Part shown: piece after piece, positions 10,231 through 20,937 of the stretch
Position numbering within the stretch: the stretch's first letter is position 1
Layout of the letters: each line of letters starts with the position of its first letter
Origin: Bacteroidales bacterium
Lineage (GTDB): Bacteria; Bacteroidota; Bacteroidia; Bacteroidales; CAIWKO01
Reading direction: 5' to 3'
Assembly: GCA_035389045.1 (NCBI GenBank)
Contig: DAOORA010000020.1
Coordinates: forward strand, 1-64,000
DNA length: 64,000 bases
The notes under the pieces: model-generated
The model's input: only the letters and a program-made list of their open reading frames with translations
Databases searched by the model: none
What the model was told of the DNA's origin: nothing
Position numbers and translations under genes: made by a program

Positions 10231-10658
10231 AAAGTTTATGTTAGGATTTTCTCATTTTATAATCTGCAAATAACCGATTTATTTTTATAAAAAACAAAAG
10301 TCACGGCAAATTTATTTGACACTCACTGTGGCAAACACTTCATGAAAATATAAAAAACTAATATTCAGTTGAATAATCAGAGAAATAAATCAGTTAAGCC
10401 GGCTCTAACGGTAAGAATTGTTTTTTATTTTGTCGAGAAAAAAAATTCTTTTATCGATATTTTTTTGAAATTTAATTTGTTTTTTTAAATTATTCCACCT
10501 ACATTTGTGGTGAAAAGTAATTAATAAATATGATTTAAGATTAAAATATTGATAAACAATTGATTATTAAAATTCAATTTTGTTCTATTTTGTTCTATAT
10601 GGTACGCGAAATAATTTTAACACTGATATTTACTAACTATAATTAAAATATTATCACT

Positions 10659-10961
10659 ATGGCACTTGACAAAGAATTTTTCGACAACCTGGAAAAACTG
10701 AGAAATTACAAAACCAAGCCGGTGATGACGGACTTTTTTGAAACCATCTACAGGCTTGAAAAAATAGGTGAGGAAATCCACGTCGGAGATAAAAAACAAA
10801 AAACAACCACCTCCAACCTTATAAAACAAGCACAGGACCTTACCAAAAAATTAGAGAACAGCAAGGATGAATTTGCTTTTCGCACCAAAACCCAAACGGA
10901 GTTTGATGCAGTGTATGAGTGTATCAGCTATTTAGGTGATCACTTTAATTCTTTGAATTAG
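10659..10961 (+). CDS. Hypothetical helical protein, 100 aa
   Basis: Clean ATG-started ORF with ordinary composition, divergent from the aminotransferase; no motif recognised. Confidence 0.6.
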   Translation: MALDKEFFDNLEKLRNYKTKPVMTDFFETIYRLEKIGEEIHVGDKKQKTTTSNLIKQAQDLTKKLENSKDEFAFRTKTQTEFDAVYECISYLGDHFNSLN

Positions 10962-11053
10962 TCCGTTCCGGTATCATTATATTTGCAGGCCGAACAGTCA
11001 GTCAATCTCTTACTGCATCAAATATTTATCAACAGTTTTGTCGGGGCAAGCTC

Positions 11054-11389
11054 CCGTTGTGCGAAGTTTGCAATCGCACCCAACATTCTCAATAATATAA
11101 TATTACGGGGCGCTGCACCTTACTATTATTGTGGGATAGTACTACTTTATAAATATTTCGGGGCGCTGCACCTTTGATCGTTTATCTCTATGGTCGTGTT
11201 TCCACGGTAATGCTATTTTTTCCGTTGTGCGAAGTTTGCAATCGCACCCAACATTCTGAATAATATTATATTACGTAGCGCTGTACCTTACTATTATTGT
11301 GGGATAGTACTACTTTACAAATATTTCGGGGCACTGCCCCTATGATCGTTTATCTCTATGGTCGTGTTTCCAGGGTAACGCCAATTTTT
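11054..11389. repeat. Tandem duplication of a 168-bp unit containing REP-like palindromes
   Basis: Both copies start CCGTTGTGCGAAGTTTGCAATCGCACCCAAC (11054 and 11222); each holds two GGGGCGCTGCACCT-like motifs; scattered substitutions. Confidence 0.9.
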
Positions 11390-11526
11390 CTTCACTCTCA
11401 GCAATCATTTTTTCTAACAGCACTTCAAAAAAGAAATTGCCAAAAATGTTAAAGCGCTCAATTTATTAAACTTTACTTTTATTTTTGCACACGATAATCA
11501 GGATTGTTTGAATATATACCCAAAAA

Positions 11527-13428
11527 ATGGATGCTAAAGAAAAAACAGGTAAACGCAAACAGAATACAAGCAAGGTAAAGACCATAAAATCCACATCAAA
11601 GAATAAAAAAAATAATAAATGGTATTGGCTGGCCTTATCGGTTATTTTGCTCGCTACCCTTATCATTTATTTTAAAGCCATAAAATTTGACCTACTTATC
11701 TGGGATGATAATCTGTATATCAATGAAAACAGCCATATTAAAGCGCTGAGATGGGAAAATATCAGGTTGTTCTTTACAAGTTTCTATGCCGGTAATTACC
11801 AGCCTCTTACCATTTTAATGTATGCCTTTGAATATCAGTTTGCGGGAGAATCGGGCTTTTTGTACCACCTGAACAACATTATCCTGCATATTTTCAATAC
11901 TTTTCTGGTATTTATCCTGATAAAAAAAATCGCTCCCAAAAACATACCGGTCGCACTGATCACGGCAGCATTTTTTGCGGTTCATCCCATGCATGTGGAA
12001 TCAGTGGCCTGGGTTGCCGAAAGAAAAGATGTATTGTACACGTTTTTCTTTTTACTCTCGCTAATCATGTATGCCGGTTATTTAAAAAGCAAAGCGTTGA
12101 AAGACATACTCCTCACAGGGCTGTTCTTTGTGCTTTCATGCCTCAGCAAGTCGGCGGCTGTAATTTTACCCCTGGTGATGCTTTTAATGGATTATAAATC
12201 AGACCGGAAATTCAGCTGGAAAACGATAGCTGAAAAGATACCTTTTTTTGCAATATCATTGATCTTCGGCCTCATAGCCATGCAATCGCAGAAAGAGGCC
12301 ATGCCTGATGAGCAGGGCATACCGTTCGTGACCCATTTTTTTGTTGTTTTTAATTCGCTGATTACCTATATCGTTAAGGCATTTGTTCCAATAAATCTGT
12401 CGGCCTTCTACCCCTATCCCAAAGCATTGAATGACGCCTTGCCTGTTATATATTACCTGTCCCTGGTGTTTACAGGATTATTGTTGTTTTTCGTATGGTA
12501 TTCACGGAAATGGGGAAAAGACGTCCTCTTTGGGTTTGGTTTCTTTTTAATTACCATCATACTGGTGCTTCAGATCATCACGGTGGGTAATGCAACCATG
12601 GCCGACCGGTATACGTATGTCCCATATATAGGCATATTTTATATAATTGGAAAGTTATACGAATATCTGGCAGGCAAAGGAAAAAACTATAAAAACATCA
12701 TCATAACAGCAGCAGTCCTGGTGTTTATAATTTTTTCATCCATCAGTTATGCCCGTGTAAAAAAATGGGAAAATGATGAAACGCTGTTTTCGGATGTGAT
12801 AAAAAAATATCCCGAAAATCCGCTGCCTTATAACAACCGTGGCTGTTATTACCTGAAAATTGCACAGAATGAACATGCCGAAAACCCTGAAAAACAGGCA
12901 GTATACTTCAGAAACGCCTATAAAGATTTTAACAGGATCACGGAACTGGATACCGGCTACTATCATATCTATTACAACAGGGGGCTGGCAAGTTTCTTTC
13001 TGAAGGATTATAATAATGCCATCAGGGACTTCGACCGGGAGATACGAAAAAATCCTGATGATGATGAAGCTATTTTCGACCGGGGCAACGCCAAACAGCA
13101 GCTCAAAGACTATGCCGGCGCCATAATAGATTTTGATAAAGCCATAGCTCTGAACCCGGATGCAGAAAGCATTTATTTTAACCGCGGCAACAGCAAAAAA
13201 GAACTTAATGATTATGAAGGCGCACTCCGGGATTATGACAAAGCCATTGCCTTAAATCCCAAACTGATCAAAGCATACAACAACAGGAGCCTGCTGAGAT
13301 GCCTGTTAAAAGATTATGAAGGCACCCTGGCCGATTACGACAAAATGATCGAGCTGGATCCCAACGATACCACGACCATAAAAAACAGGGAGGTCATCCG
13401 CGGGCTGCTGAACGAATCAAAAAAATAG
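11527..13428 (+). CDS. TMTC-like GT-C membrane glycosyltransferase with C-terminal TPRs
   Basis: WDD loop, YQPLT, FAVHPMHVESVAWVAERKD, MADRYTY; YFNRG-type TPR repeats. Confidence 0.85.
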   Translation: MDAKEKTGKRKQNTSKVKTIKSTSKNKKNNKWYWLALSVILLATLIIYFKAIKFDLLIWDDNLYINENSHIKALRWENIRLFFTSFYAGNYQPLTILMYAFEYQFAGESGFLYHLNNIILHIFNTFLVFILIKKIAPKNIPVALITAAFFAVHPMHVESVAWVAERKDVLYTFFFLLSLIMYAGYLKSKALKDILLTGLFFVLSCLSKSAAVILPLVMLLMDYKSDRKFSWKTIAEKIPFFAISLIFGLIAMQSQKEAMPDEQGIPFVTHFFVVFNSLITYIVKAFVPINLSAFYPYPKALNDALPVIYYLSLVFTGLLLFFVWYSRKWGKDVLFGFGFFLITIILVLQIITVGNATMADRYTYVPYIGIFYIIGKLYEYLAGKGKNYKNIIITAAVLVFIIFSSISYARVKKWENDETLFSDVIKKYPENPLPYNNRGCYYLKIAQNEHAENPEKQAVYFRNAYKDFNRITELDTGYYHIYYNRGLASFFLKDYNNAIRDFDREIRKNPDDDEAIFDRGNAKQQLKDYAGAIIDFDKAIALNPDAESIYFNRGNSKKELNDYEGALRDYDKAIALNPKLIKAYNNRSLLRCLLKDYEGTLADYDKMIELDPNDTTTIKNREVIRGLLNESKK

Positions 13429-13480
13429 CTGTAATACTGCACGATACAAACACAAAATAATGCAATAACACCAAGAGAAT

Positions 13481-14695
13481 ATGCATACTAAGACCATGCT
13501 GGAACAAGCAAAAGAGCATTTACATTTTTTATGTTCAGAAACCGGTGACCGCCGGGTAGGCGGCGAAGGAAACCGTCAGGCCACGGACTATGTAAAAAAA
13601 CTGTTACAAAAATCGGGATGGGAAACCCTGGAAACAAAGCTCCCTGTTATGGATTGGAAAACGGACGGTGCAGCATTGATCTGCGGACAGCAAAGATTTG
13701 AGGTATCTTCTTCTCCCTATTCATTGGGTTGTGATGTGGAGGGAGTTCTTATTCCTGCCGACAGCATCGAAAAACTTAAAAAGGCAGCAATAACAGGTAA
13801 AATTGTTTTGCTTTATGGAAAAATAGCTGCAGAACAGGTCATGCCAAAGAATTTCGTGTTTTACAACCCGGAAGAACATCAGGAGATCATTTCGGTACTG
13901 GAGCAGGGAAAACCTCTGGCGCTGGTATGCGCCACCGGGCGAAATGGCGCCTGCGCCGGTGGCGTTTACCCTTTTCCACTGTTTGAGGACGGTGACTTCG
14001 AGATTCCTTCGGTGTACATGAAAGACATTGAAGGTGAAAAACTGCTTGCCTGCTCCGGGAAAACAGTTCATCTGGAATCTAAAGCCATACGCATACCCGA
14101 ATTAGCATATAATATAGCAGCACAATATAATGCAGATAATAAAAAAAGAATAGTGATCACGGCACATATTGATGCCAAAATAGGATCTCCCGGCGCGATC
14201 GACAACGCCACGGGCGTCGCTGTCCTGATTCTGCTTGCCGGATTACTGGAAAATTACAAGGGAAAATATGGTATCGAAATAGTCGCCTTCAACGGTGAAG
14301 ACTATTATGCCGTTCCGGGACAGATGAAATATATTGAGCAAAACAATGATAATTTCGATAGCATCCTGCTGAATATCAATATCGACGGGGCAGGATATAA
14401 AGAAGGCCCCTCCTGCTTTTCTGCATTTTCGCTGCCGGCGTCTATTCAATCAAAATTTGACGAACTAATTCAAAACCGGCCGGATATCGTTAACGGGCTG
14501 CCCTGGGTTCAGGGCGACCACAGCATTTTTGTGCAATACAATTGCCCGGCTATTGCCGTAAGCTCAAATTGGTTTATTGAAAATATTGAAAATCAAGATA
14601 TTACACATACCCCTAAAGACAATCTGAATATAGTCAGCTATGAACGCGTAGTTGAATGTGCAACCGCTATCCATCAATTAATTAATAGTTTATAA
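13481..14695 (+). CDS. M28 family metallopeptidase with PA-like insert
   Basis: AHIDAK, GAIDNATG, FNGED, NIDG, GDHSIF, HTPKD. Confidence 0.85.
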   Translation: MHTKTMLEQAKEHLHFLCSETGDRRVGGEGNRQATDYVKKLLQKSGWETLETKLPVMDWKTDGAALICGQQRFEVSSSPYSLGCDVEGVLIPADSIEKLKKAAITGKIVLLYGKIAAEQVMPKNFVFYNPEEHQEIISVLEQGKPLALVCATGRNGACAGGVYPFPLFEDGDFEIPSVYMKDIEGEKLLACSGKTVHLESKAIRIPELAYNIAAQYNADNKKRIVITAHIDAKIGSPGAIDNATGVAVLILLAGLLENYKGKYGIEIVAFNGEDYYAVPGQMKYIEQNNDNFDSILLNINIDGAGYKEGPSCFSAFSLPASIQSKFDELIQNRPDIVNGLPWVQGDHSIFVQYNCPAIAVSSNWFIENIENQDITHTPKDNLNIVSYERVVECATAIHQLINSL

Positions 14696-14722
14696 TGCAG
14701 AAAAGCATTCGAAATTAATATT

Positions 14723-15697
14723 ATGGATTATTGGAGATCAGTATTGACATTTGACCCATTAAAAAAACTATTATCCTCCAACGATGAATTATTAACTGCA
14801 CGTGTTAAAAGAGATTTATCAGACGAAGAAATACCATATAGAACTGAAAATAAGGAAATCAGGCAAATTATAAAGAGGCAACAGCCGGATGGCTCATGGA
14901 TTTTCAGGAGTACAAGCAAGAAAAAATATCCCTCCATTAATCATGACCTGGTTGAAACTTTTAAATCATTACGAATACTAACCGGGAAATACGAATTAAA
15001 CCGGAACTGCGAAGCCATTACCAATTGTGCCGCATATATTTTCGGCTGTCAGACCGATGAAGGTGATATCAGGGGAATTTTAGGCAATCAATATATGCCC
15101 TATTATTGCGGGCTTCTTGTTGAATTGCTTATTCTTGCAGGCTACGGTAATGATGACCGGATTGATAAAGCTGTTCAATGGCTGATCAGCGTGAGGCAAA
15201 ACGATGGCGGATGGGTGGTTCCGTTACAAACCCTCAGGATCAATAAATTTGATGATTCGACCTATGCGGCGCCTGCAGTGTATGCCGATAAGACCTTACC
15301 ATTTTCTCACATGACAACCGGAATGGTTTTAAGAGCTTTTGCCGTACATCGGGTATACAAAAAATCAGAACCGGCAATAAAAGCAGGAGAATTGCTGAAA
15401 AGCAGATTTTTTAAACCGGACAAGTATTTTGCAAGAAAATCACCGGAATATTGGGTTAAGTTTCAGTTTCCTTATTGGTGGACAACCATCCTGTCGTCAC
15501 TCGACAGTCTTTATCATCTTGGATTTACAGTAAAGGACAAAGATGTGGAAAAAGGGATAGAATGGTTTTTAGCCAATCAGGATGAATCAGGGCTTTGGGC
15601 AATGCATTATGATAAGGGTGATAAAGATAAGATAGAATCAGCCAGGCTTTGGGTAAGTTACAATATATGCAGAATTTTAAAAATGTATTTAAATTAA
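14723..15697 (+). CDS. Prenyltransferase/squalene-cyclase-repeat (QW-motif) protein
   Basis: Repeated QQPDGSW, RQNDGGW and NQDESGLW motifs. Confidence 0.7.
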   Translation: MDYWRSVLTFDPLKKLLSSNDELLTARVKRDLSDEEIPYRTENKEIRQIIKRQQPDGSWIFRSTSKKKYPSINHDLVETFKSLRILTGKYELNRNCEAITNCAAYIFGCQTDEGDIRGILGNQYMPYYCGLLVELLILAGYGNDDRIDKAVQWLISVRQNDGGWVVPLQTLRINKFDDSTYAAPAVYADKTLPFSHMTTGMVLRAFAVHRVYKKSEPAIKAGELLKSRFFKPDKYFARKSPEYWVKFQFPYWWTTILSSLDSLYHLGFTVKDKDVEKGIEWFLANQDESGLWAMHYDKGDKDKIESARLWVSYNICRILKMYLN

Positions 15698-15714
15698 ATT
15701 TATTTTATCCCAAA

Positions 15715-15787
15715 AAACCCAACTAAAGCAATAGCTTATATGACCGTATGGACAAGCTCATACATTTCTATTGCTTAAATTGGGTTT
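15715..15787. terminator. Long hairpin between convergent genes (probable bidirectional terminator)
   Basis: AAACCCAACTAAAGCAATAG / CTATTGCTTAAATTGGGTTT, 20-bp stem with 2 mismatches, inner GTATG/CATAC stem. Confidence 0.5.
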
Positions 15788-15889
15788 ATACTATTGTAAA
15801 ACAGTAAAATACGATATTCCCATATGCTGTCACCCGGCAGAAAACGATAGTTACTAAAAAAATCACAGGTAATCCACTGCCAGCCCGGC

Positions 15890-17911
15890 CTATTTTTCTT
15901 TCAGCAGTTTTTCCAGTTCATACATCTCATCACGCAGGCGAGCAGCTTCCATAAAATCAAGCACTTTCACGGCTTTTTCCATATCGGACTTTACTTTGGA
16001 CAGCAGTTTCTGAATTTGCTCTTTTTTCATATATTGAACCACCGGGTCGGCGGCGATGTTCGTTTTATCTTTTTCGACATAGGCTTTGGCCTCTTTGTCT
16101 TTAGTATCGGCCATCCTGGTCTGGCCGAGGATGGATTCGGTGGTTTTGACTATTTGTGTGGGGGTAATATTGTGTTCGGCATTATATTTCAACTGTTTTT
16201 CGCGGCGGCGGTTGGTTTCTTCAATGGTGCGCCGCATGGAGTCCGTCATTTTGTCGGCATACATGATCACCCTGCTGTTGATATTCCGTGCTGCCCGTCC
16301 TGCCGTCTGTGTCAGCGAACGTTCCGACCGTAAAAAACCCTCCTTGTCGGCATCGAGTATGGCCACCAGAGAAACTTCAGGCAGATCCAGTCCTTCACGC
16401 AGCAGGTTCACTCCAACCAGCACATCAATCTCTCCGGTACGCAGTTCGCGCAAAATCCGGACGCGCTCCAGTGTATCCACTTCGGAATGAATATATTTGC
16501 ACCTGATATCGAGTTTCACCATATACTTGGTCAATTCTTCGGCCATTTTCTTTGTGAGCGTAGTAACCAGCACGCGTTCACTGATCTTTACCCTCAAATC
16601 AATTTCATGCAACAGGTCGTCAATCTGGTTCAGACTGGGCCTGACCTCTATCACAGGTTCAAGGAGTCCTGTAGGCCTGAGTACCTGCTCTACCACCACA
16701 CCGTCGCATTTCTGAAGTTCATAATCTGCAGGGGTGGCGCTGACAAAGATTATTTGGTTGACCATACCTTCAAACTCGTCGAATTTCAGGGGACGGTTGT
16801 CCATGGCCGAGGGCAGTCGGAAGCCATATTCAACAAGTGTTTGCTTGCGTGAACGGTCGCCGCCGTACATGGCACGGATCTGAGGTATCGTCACATGGCT
16901 CTCGTCAATCACCATAATGTAGTCATCCGGAAAACAATCCAGCAGGCAGAAAGGCCTTCCTCCGGGTTTGCGGCCGTCAAAATACCGTGAATAATTTTCA
17001 ATGCCTGAGCAATAGCCCAGTTCGCGCATCATCTCCATATCATACGACACCCGGTCTTCTATTCGTTTGGCTTCCATCATTTTACCCATATCCTTAAAAT
17101 AGGCAATATGTGCAATGAGGTCATGATGAATGTCCGCAATGGCTTTCTTCATCTTGTCCTGCGAGGTAATAAAAAGGTTGGCTGGATATATGGAAATGGA
17201 ATCATGTTTCTCGATGAAACGGCCGTTGACCGGCTCAAAGGTTTCAATACTTTCTACTTCATCGCCGAAAAAACACACCCTGATACAGAAGTCGGCATAA
17301 GCAGGTGAAATATCAATAGTGTCGCCGCGTACGCGAAAAGTACCACGTTCAATAGTTATGTCGTTGCGGGAATATAAAATATTGACCAGCGCCTGAAGAA
17401 ACTTTTTCACCGGAACGATATCAGCGGTCTTGATGCGCACGATGCTCTCCGCAAAATCGTCGGGATTGCCGATACCATAAATGCATGAAACAGAGGAAAC
17501 CACGATCACATCCCTCCTGCCCGAAAGAAGCGCTGAGGTGGCGCTCAACCTGAGTTTTTCAATTTCATCATTGATGGAAAGGTCTTTTTCGATATAGGTG
17601 TTAGTGACAGGCAGGTAGGCTTCCGGCTGGTAATAATCGTAATACGAGATAAAATACTCCACAGCATTCTTTGGAAAGAACTGCCTGAACTCACCGTAAA
17701 GCTGGGCTGCCAGGGTTTTATTGTGGCTCAGAACCAATGTGGGCCGCTGAACCTGCTGTATAAGGTTGGCAATAGTAAATGTTTTTCCTGATCCCGTGAC
17801 GCCGAGCAGTATCTGGGCATCATCGCCGCGTTCAATGCCCTCCCTGAGCTGAGTTATTGCCTCGGGCTGATCGCCGGTCGGCTTATATTCTGATGTCAGT
17901 TCAAATTTCAC
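15890..17911 (-). CDS. uvrB: Excinuclease ABC subunit B
   Basis: GTG start; GVTGSGKT, YYDYYQPEAY, DESH, GINLLREGLD-like motif, DADKEGFLRS, C-terminal UVR (FMEAARLRD). Confidence 0.98.
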   Translation of the reverse strand: MKFELTSEYKPTGDQPEAITQLREGIERGDDAQILLGVTGSGKTFTIANLIQQVQRPTLVLSHNKTLAAQLYGEFRQFFPKNAVEYFISYYDYYQPEAYLPVTNTYIEKDLSINDEIEKLRLSATSALLSGRRDVIVVSSVSCIYGIGNPDDFAESIVRIKTADIVPVKKFLQALVNILYSRNDITIERGTFRVRGDTIDISPAYADFCIRVCFFGDEVESIETFEPVNGRFIEKHDSISIYPANLFITSQDKMKKAIADIHHDLIAHIAYFKDMGKMMEAKRIEDRVSYDMEMMRELGYCSGIENYSRYFDGRKPGGRPFCLLDCFPDDYIMVIDESHVTIPQIRAMYGGDRSRKQTLVEYGFRLPSAMDNRPLKFDEFEGMVNQIIFVSATPADYELQKCDGVVVEQVLRPTGLLEPVIEVRPSLNQIDDLLHEIDLRVKISERVLVTTLTKKMAEELTKYMVKLDIRCKYIHSEVDTLERVRILRELRTGEIDVLVGVNLLREGLDLPEVSLVAILDADKEGFLRSERSLTQTAGRAARNINSRVIMYADKMTDSMRRTIEETNRRREKQLKYNAEHNITPTQIVKTTESILGQTRMADTKDKEAKAYVEKDKTNIAADPVVQYMKKEQIQKLLSKVKSDMEKAVKVLDFMEAARLRDEMYELEKLLKEK

Positions 17912-17916
17912 CGGAA

Positions 17917-19059
17917 TTATTTTTTCTTCTTTTCGATCAGACAGGTTACGGGATAATGATCGGAGTTATCCGTTTTTGCATTTTTAAAATTGAAAGCATG
18001 AAAATGATTCGATAAGAAGATATAATCGATACGGAATGACGGATAGATTTTGTAATACGTGGTACCCAGCCCGAAACCGGCTTCTTTGAACGCATCATTC
18101 AGCAAGGCTGAAACCTGATGGTAGGCATACGAAAAGGGTGTATCATTGAGGTCGGTGCAGAGAATTACCGGGTACGGACATTTCCCGATATGCTCAGCCA
18201 GCAGTTCGGCCTGCACGGATCGTTTGACATAAGCCCTCTTCAGATAACGAAGGATACGCAGTGATTTGTTTTTCATCTCTTTTTCACCGGCATTGGTATT
18301 TCCTGAAGCAAGATTATCGGCAAATTCAATATCACTGTTGCCAAGATGCAGCGACTGCAGATGAGCGTTGTAAATGCGCACGGTATCTTCATCAAACATC
18401 ACATCAGTATAGATACAGAAATTATTTCTGGAATTCGGGAATTTGATAATGCCTTTGTTCACAATAGGAAAAGATGAAAAGGTAGCAAGCCCGAACTGAT
18501 AAATATTACGTGAAACAACTGAATATTCAGCGTGAACATTTTTAGTTTTAAGAAATGTGACCAAAGTATCCAGTGTTTTGAATTCGCCGTTCAGATTATT
18601 GACAAACTCCTGAAAACAAATGATATCGCAAGATTCTTTCCTTAAAAAATCAAATATTTTATTGCGTTTTTCGAAATTTAACTCCCAATGTTTCTTATAG
18701 TTGTAAAGATCAAAATTATGGACATTATACGACATCACTTTTACGGGTTGCTCCATGCTGATGGTTTCTTTCGGCGTATTGAACTGTATAAAAGAAGTTA
18801 TATAGCTGTACCCGAGTATCACAGGCAGCAGCGAAACCAGTGTCAGTCTGATACGGATAAACAACCAGAAAACGATAAAAATGACATTGACAATCAGAAT
18901 GTAAGGGTATAACAATCCTGCAAATGCCGGCAGCCAGAATTTTTCCGGGTTGATAAACGACGCACTGAAAGAAACCAAAAGAGAAACAGCAAATATGATA
19001 TTGATCACGAAGAGAATCTTAAAAAAAATGTTCAGTTTCTTTTTGGACTTCTTAACCAT
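17917..19059 (-). CDS. Endonuclease/exonuclease/phosphatase family membrane protein
   Basis: N-terminal TMs; MSYNV, CFQE, NAHLQS, DLNDTP, RIDYIF, SDHYPV. Confidence 0.9.
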   Translation of the reverse strand: MVKKSKKKLNIFFKILFVINIIFAVSLLVSFSASFINPEKFWLPAFAGLLYPYILIVNVIFIVFWLFIRIRLTLVSLLPVILGYSYITSFIQFNTPKETISMEQPVKVMSYNVHNFDLYNYKKHWELNFEKRNKIFDFLRKESCDIICFQEFVNNLNGEFKTLDTLVTFLKTKNVHAEYSVVSRNIYQFGLATFSSFPIVNKGIIKFPNSRNNFCIYTDVMFDEDTVRIYNAHLQSLHLGNSDIEFADNLASGNTNAGEKEMKNKSLRILRYLKRAYVKRSVQAELLAEHIGKCPYPVILCTDLNDTPFSYAYHQVSALLNDAFKEAGFGLGTTYYKIYPSFRIDYIFLSNHFHAFNFKNAKTDNSDHYPVTCLIEKKKK

Positions 19060-19063
19060 GGTA

Positions 19064-20017
19064 TTATTTGTTTTTGCTTTCTTTGAACAAATATTCCTTA
19101 TCCTCCTTGCTCAGGCTCTCATAACCTGATTTTTTTATTTTATCCAGAATATCATCGATACGCTGCTGATGTTTCCTGCGTTCGAAGCGAAATTCATCGT
19201 CGGTCTGCGGTTTTCTCGAATAGGTGGTTTTTACTTTTGGCTTGCGTTTAAACAACTTTTTGAAAGGATTAGAAAGTTGTCTGAGAATAACGCCCTTCTT
19301 CAGCAGGAGAATATAAACGAAACCAAAACAGGCGCCGCCCAGATGTGCGATATGCCCTCCGGGATTGCTTTTTTCTATGGTCAACAGGTCATAGATCACA
19401 AAAAAAACTGCTATCCATTTGAATTTCACAGGACCCACCAGAAATAGCCGTATGGTATAATCGGGAATATATGCTGCAATGGAAACTATGATGGCCATCA
19501 CCGAGGCAGAGGCTCCCAAAGCCACCGACAAAGGGATATGTGGCCTGAAAGCCGGGAACATATTAAAAGATACTATATAAAATACGGCTCCCATGATTCC
19601 GCCCAATAAATAGACCAGTAACAGTTTTTTTTGTCCCAGATATTCTGTAAAGATCACTCCGCCAACATACAACATGATCATATTGGTGAAAATATGCCAC
19701 AGATTTTCATGAAGAAACATATATGTTATAAGGGTCCACGGTCTTTGCAACAGCATGTGTACATCCGCGGGAACCGCCAACCAGTATACCAGAACGGTGA
19801 GGCTTCCGGCATCCTCTTGATAGGGATTTACAAGATATAACTTTAATACAAGTCTAACCAGACCGACTATAATAAAAACAGCGATATTGATGATCACCAG
19901 CCTCGACAACATCGTCTTTCCGGTGAAAAACCGTTTAACCCCACCAAGCGGAGATGCCGGGCGCTGATTAAAGTTCTGTCCGAAATTATTATAGAAGTTG
20001 TTATTAAAATTGGTCAT
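19064..20017 (-). CDS. Rhomboid intramembrane serine protease with C-terminal soluble domain
   Basis: YMFLH..HIFTNM, GASAS, AHLGG; C-terminal IDDILDKIKKSGYESLS. Confidence 0.92.
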   Translation of the reverse strand: MTNFNNNFYNNFGQNFNQRPASPLGGVKRFFTGKTMLSRLVIINIAVFIIVGLVRLVLKLYLVNPYQEDAGSLTVLVYWLAVPADVHMLLQRPWTLITYMFLHENLWHIFTNMIMLYVGGVIFTEYLGQKKLLLVYLLGGIMGAVFYIVSFNMFPAFRPHIPLSVALGASASVMAIIVSIAAYIPDYTIRLFLVGPVKFKWIAVFFVIYDLLTIEKSNPGGHIAHLGGACFGFVYILLLKKGVILRQLSNPFKKLFKRKPKVKTTYSRKPQTDDEFRFERRKHQQRIDDILDKIKKSGYESLSKEDKEYLFKESKNK

Positions 20018-20771
20018 GAAATTGCTTCTTTTTATATTGCCGTTTCCAGATCAAAATCAGAATGATGCCAAACAGCATCCCGCCCAGATGTGCAAAATGT
20101 GCCACATTATCGCCCCTGGCATTATATATTCCTGATACCAGTTCGAGACCTCCGTATAAAATTACAAACCACTTGGCTTTGATAGGTATTGCAAAATATA
20201 CATATATCATCGTGTTGGGGAACATCATACCGAAAGCCAGTAATATCCCGAACACAGCTCCCGAAGCCCCAATGGTCGAAGTGTTGTATAGCGCATTCAG
20301 CTGACCCATCAAAGGATCTACAGCGTTTTTATTTTCAAGCAGGATTTTATATCCTTCATTTACCACCGTGCTAATTTGTTCCTGCGTCATCGAAGCTTCA
20401 AGATGAGAAATCTGAAAATATCCGATAGCCATCTGAACCAGAGCTGCGCCAATGCCAGTCACAAAATAATAAATAAGGAATTTTTTGGGTCCCCAGAAAT
20501 TCTCAAGCACATAGCCAAACATCCACAGTGCAAACATATTGAAGAATATATGGCCAAATCCCCCGTGCAGGAACATATAGGTAACTAACTGATAAGGCTT
20601 GAACAAATAACTTCCGAAATAATGAAGGCCCAGAATGTCGTTCAAATCAATATTGAATGCCTGGCCCAAACCCATGGTGGCTAAAAAGCATATACCATTG
20701 ATGATCAGCAGGTTTTTGACAACAAGGGGCAGCATCCGGAAACCGGTCGGACTATATTGATCCATACTCAT
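20004..20771 (-). CDS. Rhomboid intramembrane serine protease
   Basis: YMFLHGGFGHIFFNM, GASGA, AHFAHLGG. Confidence 0.93.
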   Translation of the reverse strand: MSMDQYSPTGFRMLPLVVKNLLIINGICFLATMGLGQAFNIDLNDILGLHYFGSYLFKPYQLVTYMFLHGGFGHIFFNMFALWMFGYVLENFWGPKKFLIYYFVTGIGAALVQMAIGYFQISHLEASMTQEQISTVVNEGYKILLENKNAVDPLMGQLNALYNTSTIGASGAVFGILLAFGMMFPNTMIYVYFAIPIKAKWFVILYGGLELVSGIYNARGDNVAHFAHLGGMLFGIILILIWKRQYKKKQFHDQF

Positions 20772-20901
20772 CGTATGTGTATTTTATTATTAAAAGTGCA
20801 AAGATACTCGTTTTTTCACCATAAATAAACAAGTGCAGGTGCTGTTTATTGTTTCTGCGGTAAAATAATATCTTAAGAAACGCCTAAAGTTTGGACCAAC
20901 C

Positions 20902-20929
20902 TTGTGCGAAGTTGCAAACTTCGCACAAC
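20902..20929. repeat. REP-like perfect hairpin
   Basis: TTGTGCGAAGTT-GCA-AACTTCGCACAA; the minus strand reads GTTGTGCGAAGTTTGCAA, identical to the 18-mers at 11056 and 11224. Confidence 0.75.
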
Positions 20930-20937
20930 ACTCGAAA

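Noticed and set aside
10577..10596. ATTTTGTTCT x2 as a LexA-type GTTC-N7-GTTC box
   Set aside because: Spacing is N6 and the context is AT-rich; could be chance
10983..11177. 64-aa ORF
   Set aside because: Lies mostly within the non-coding 168-bp repeat unit and has a TTG start
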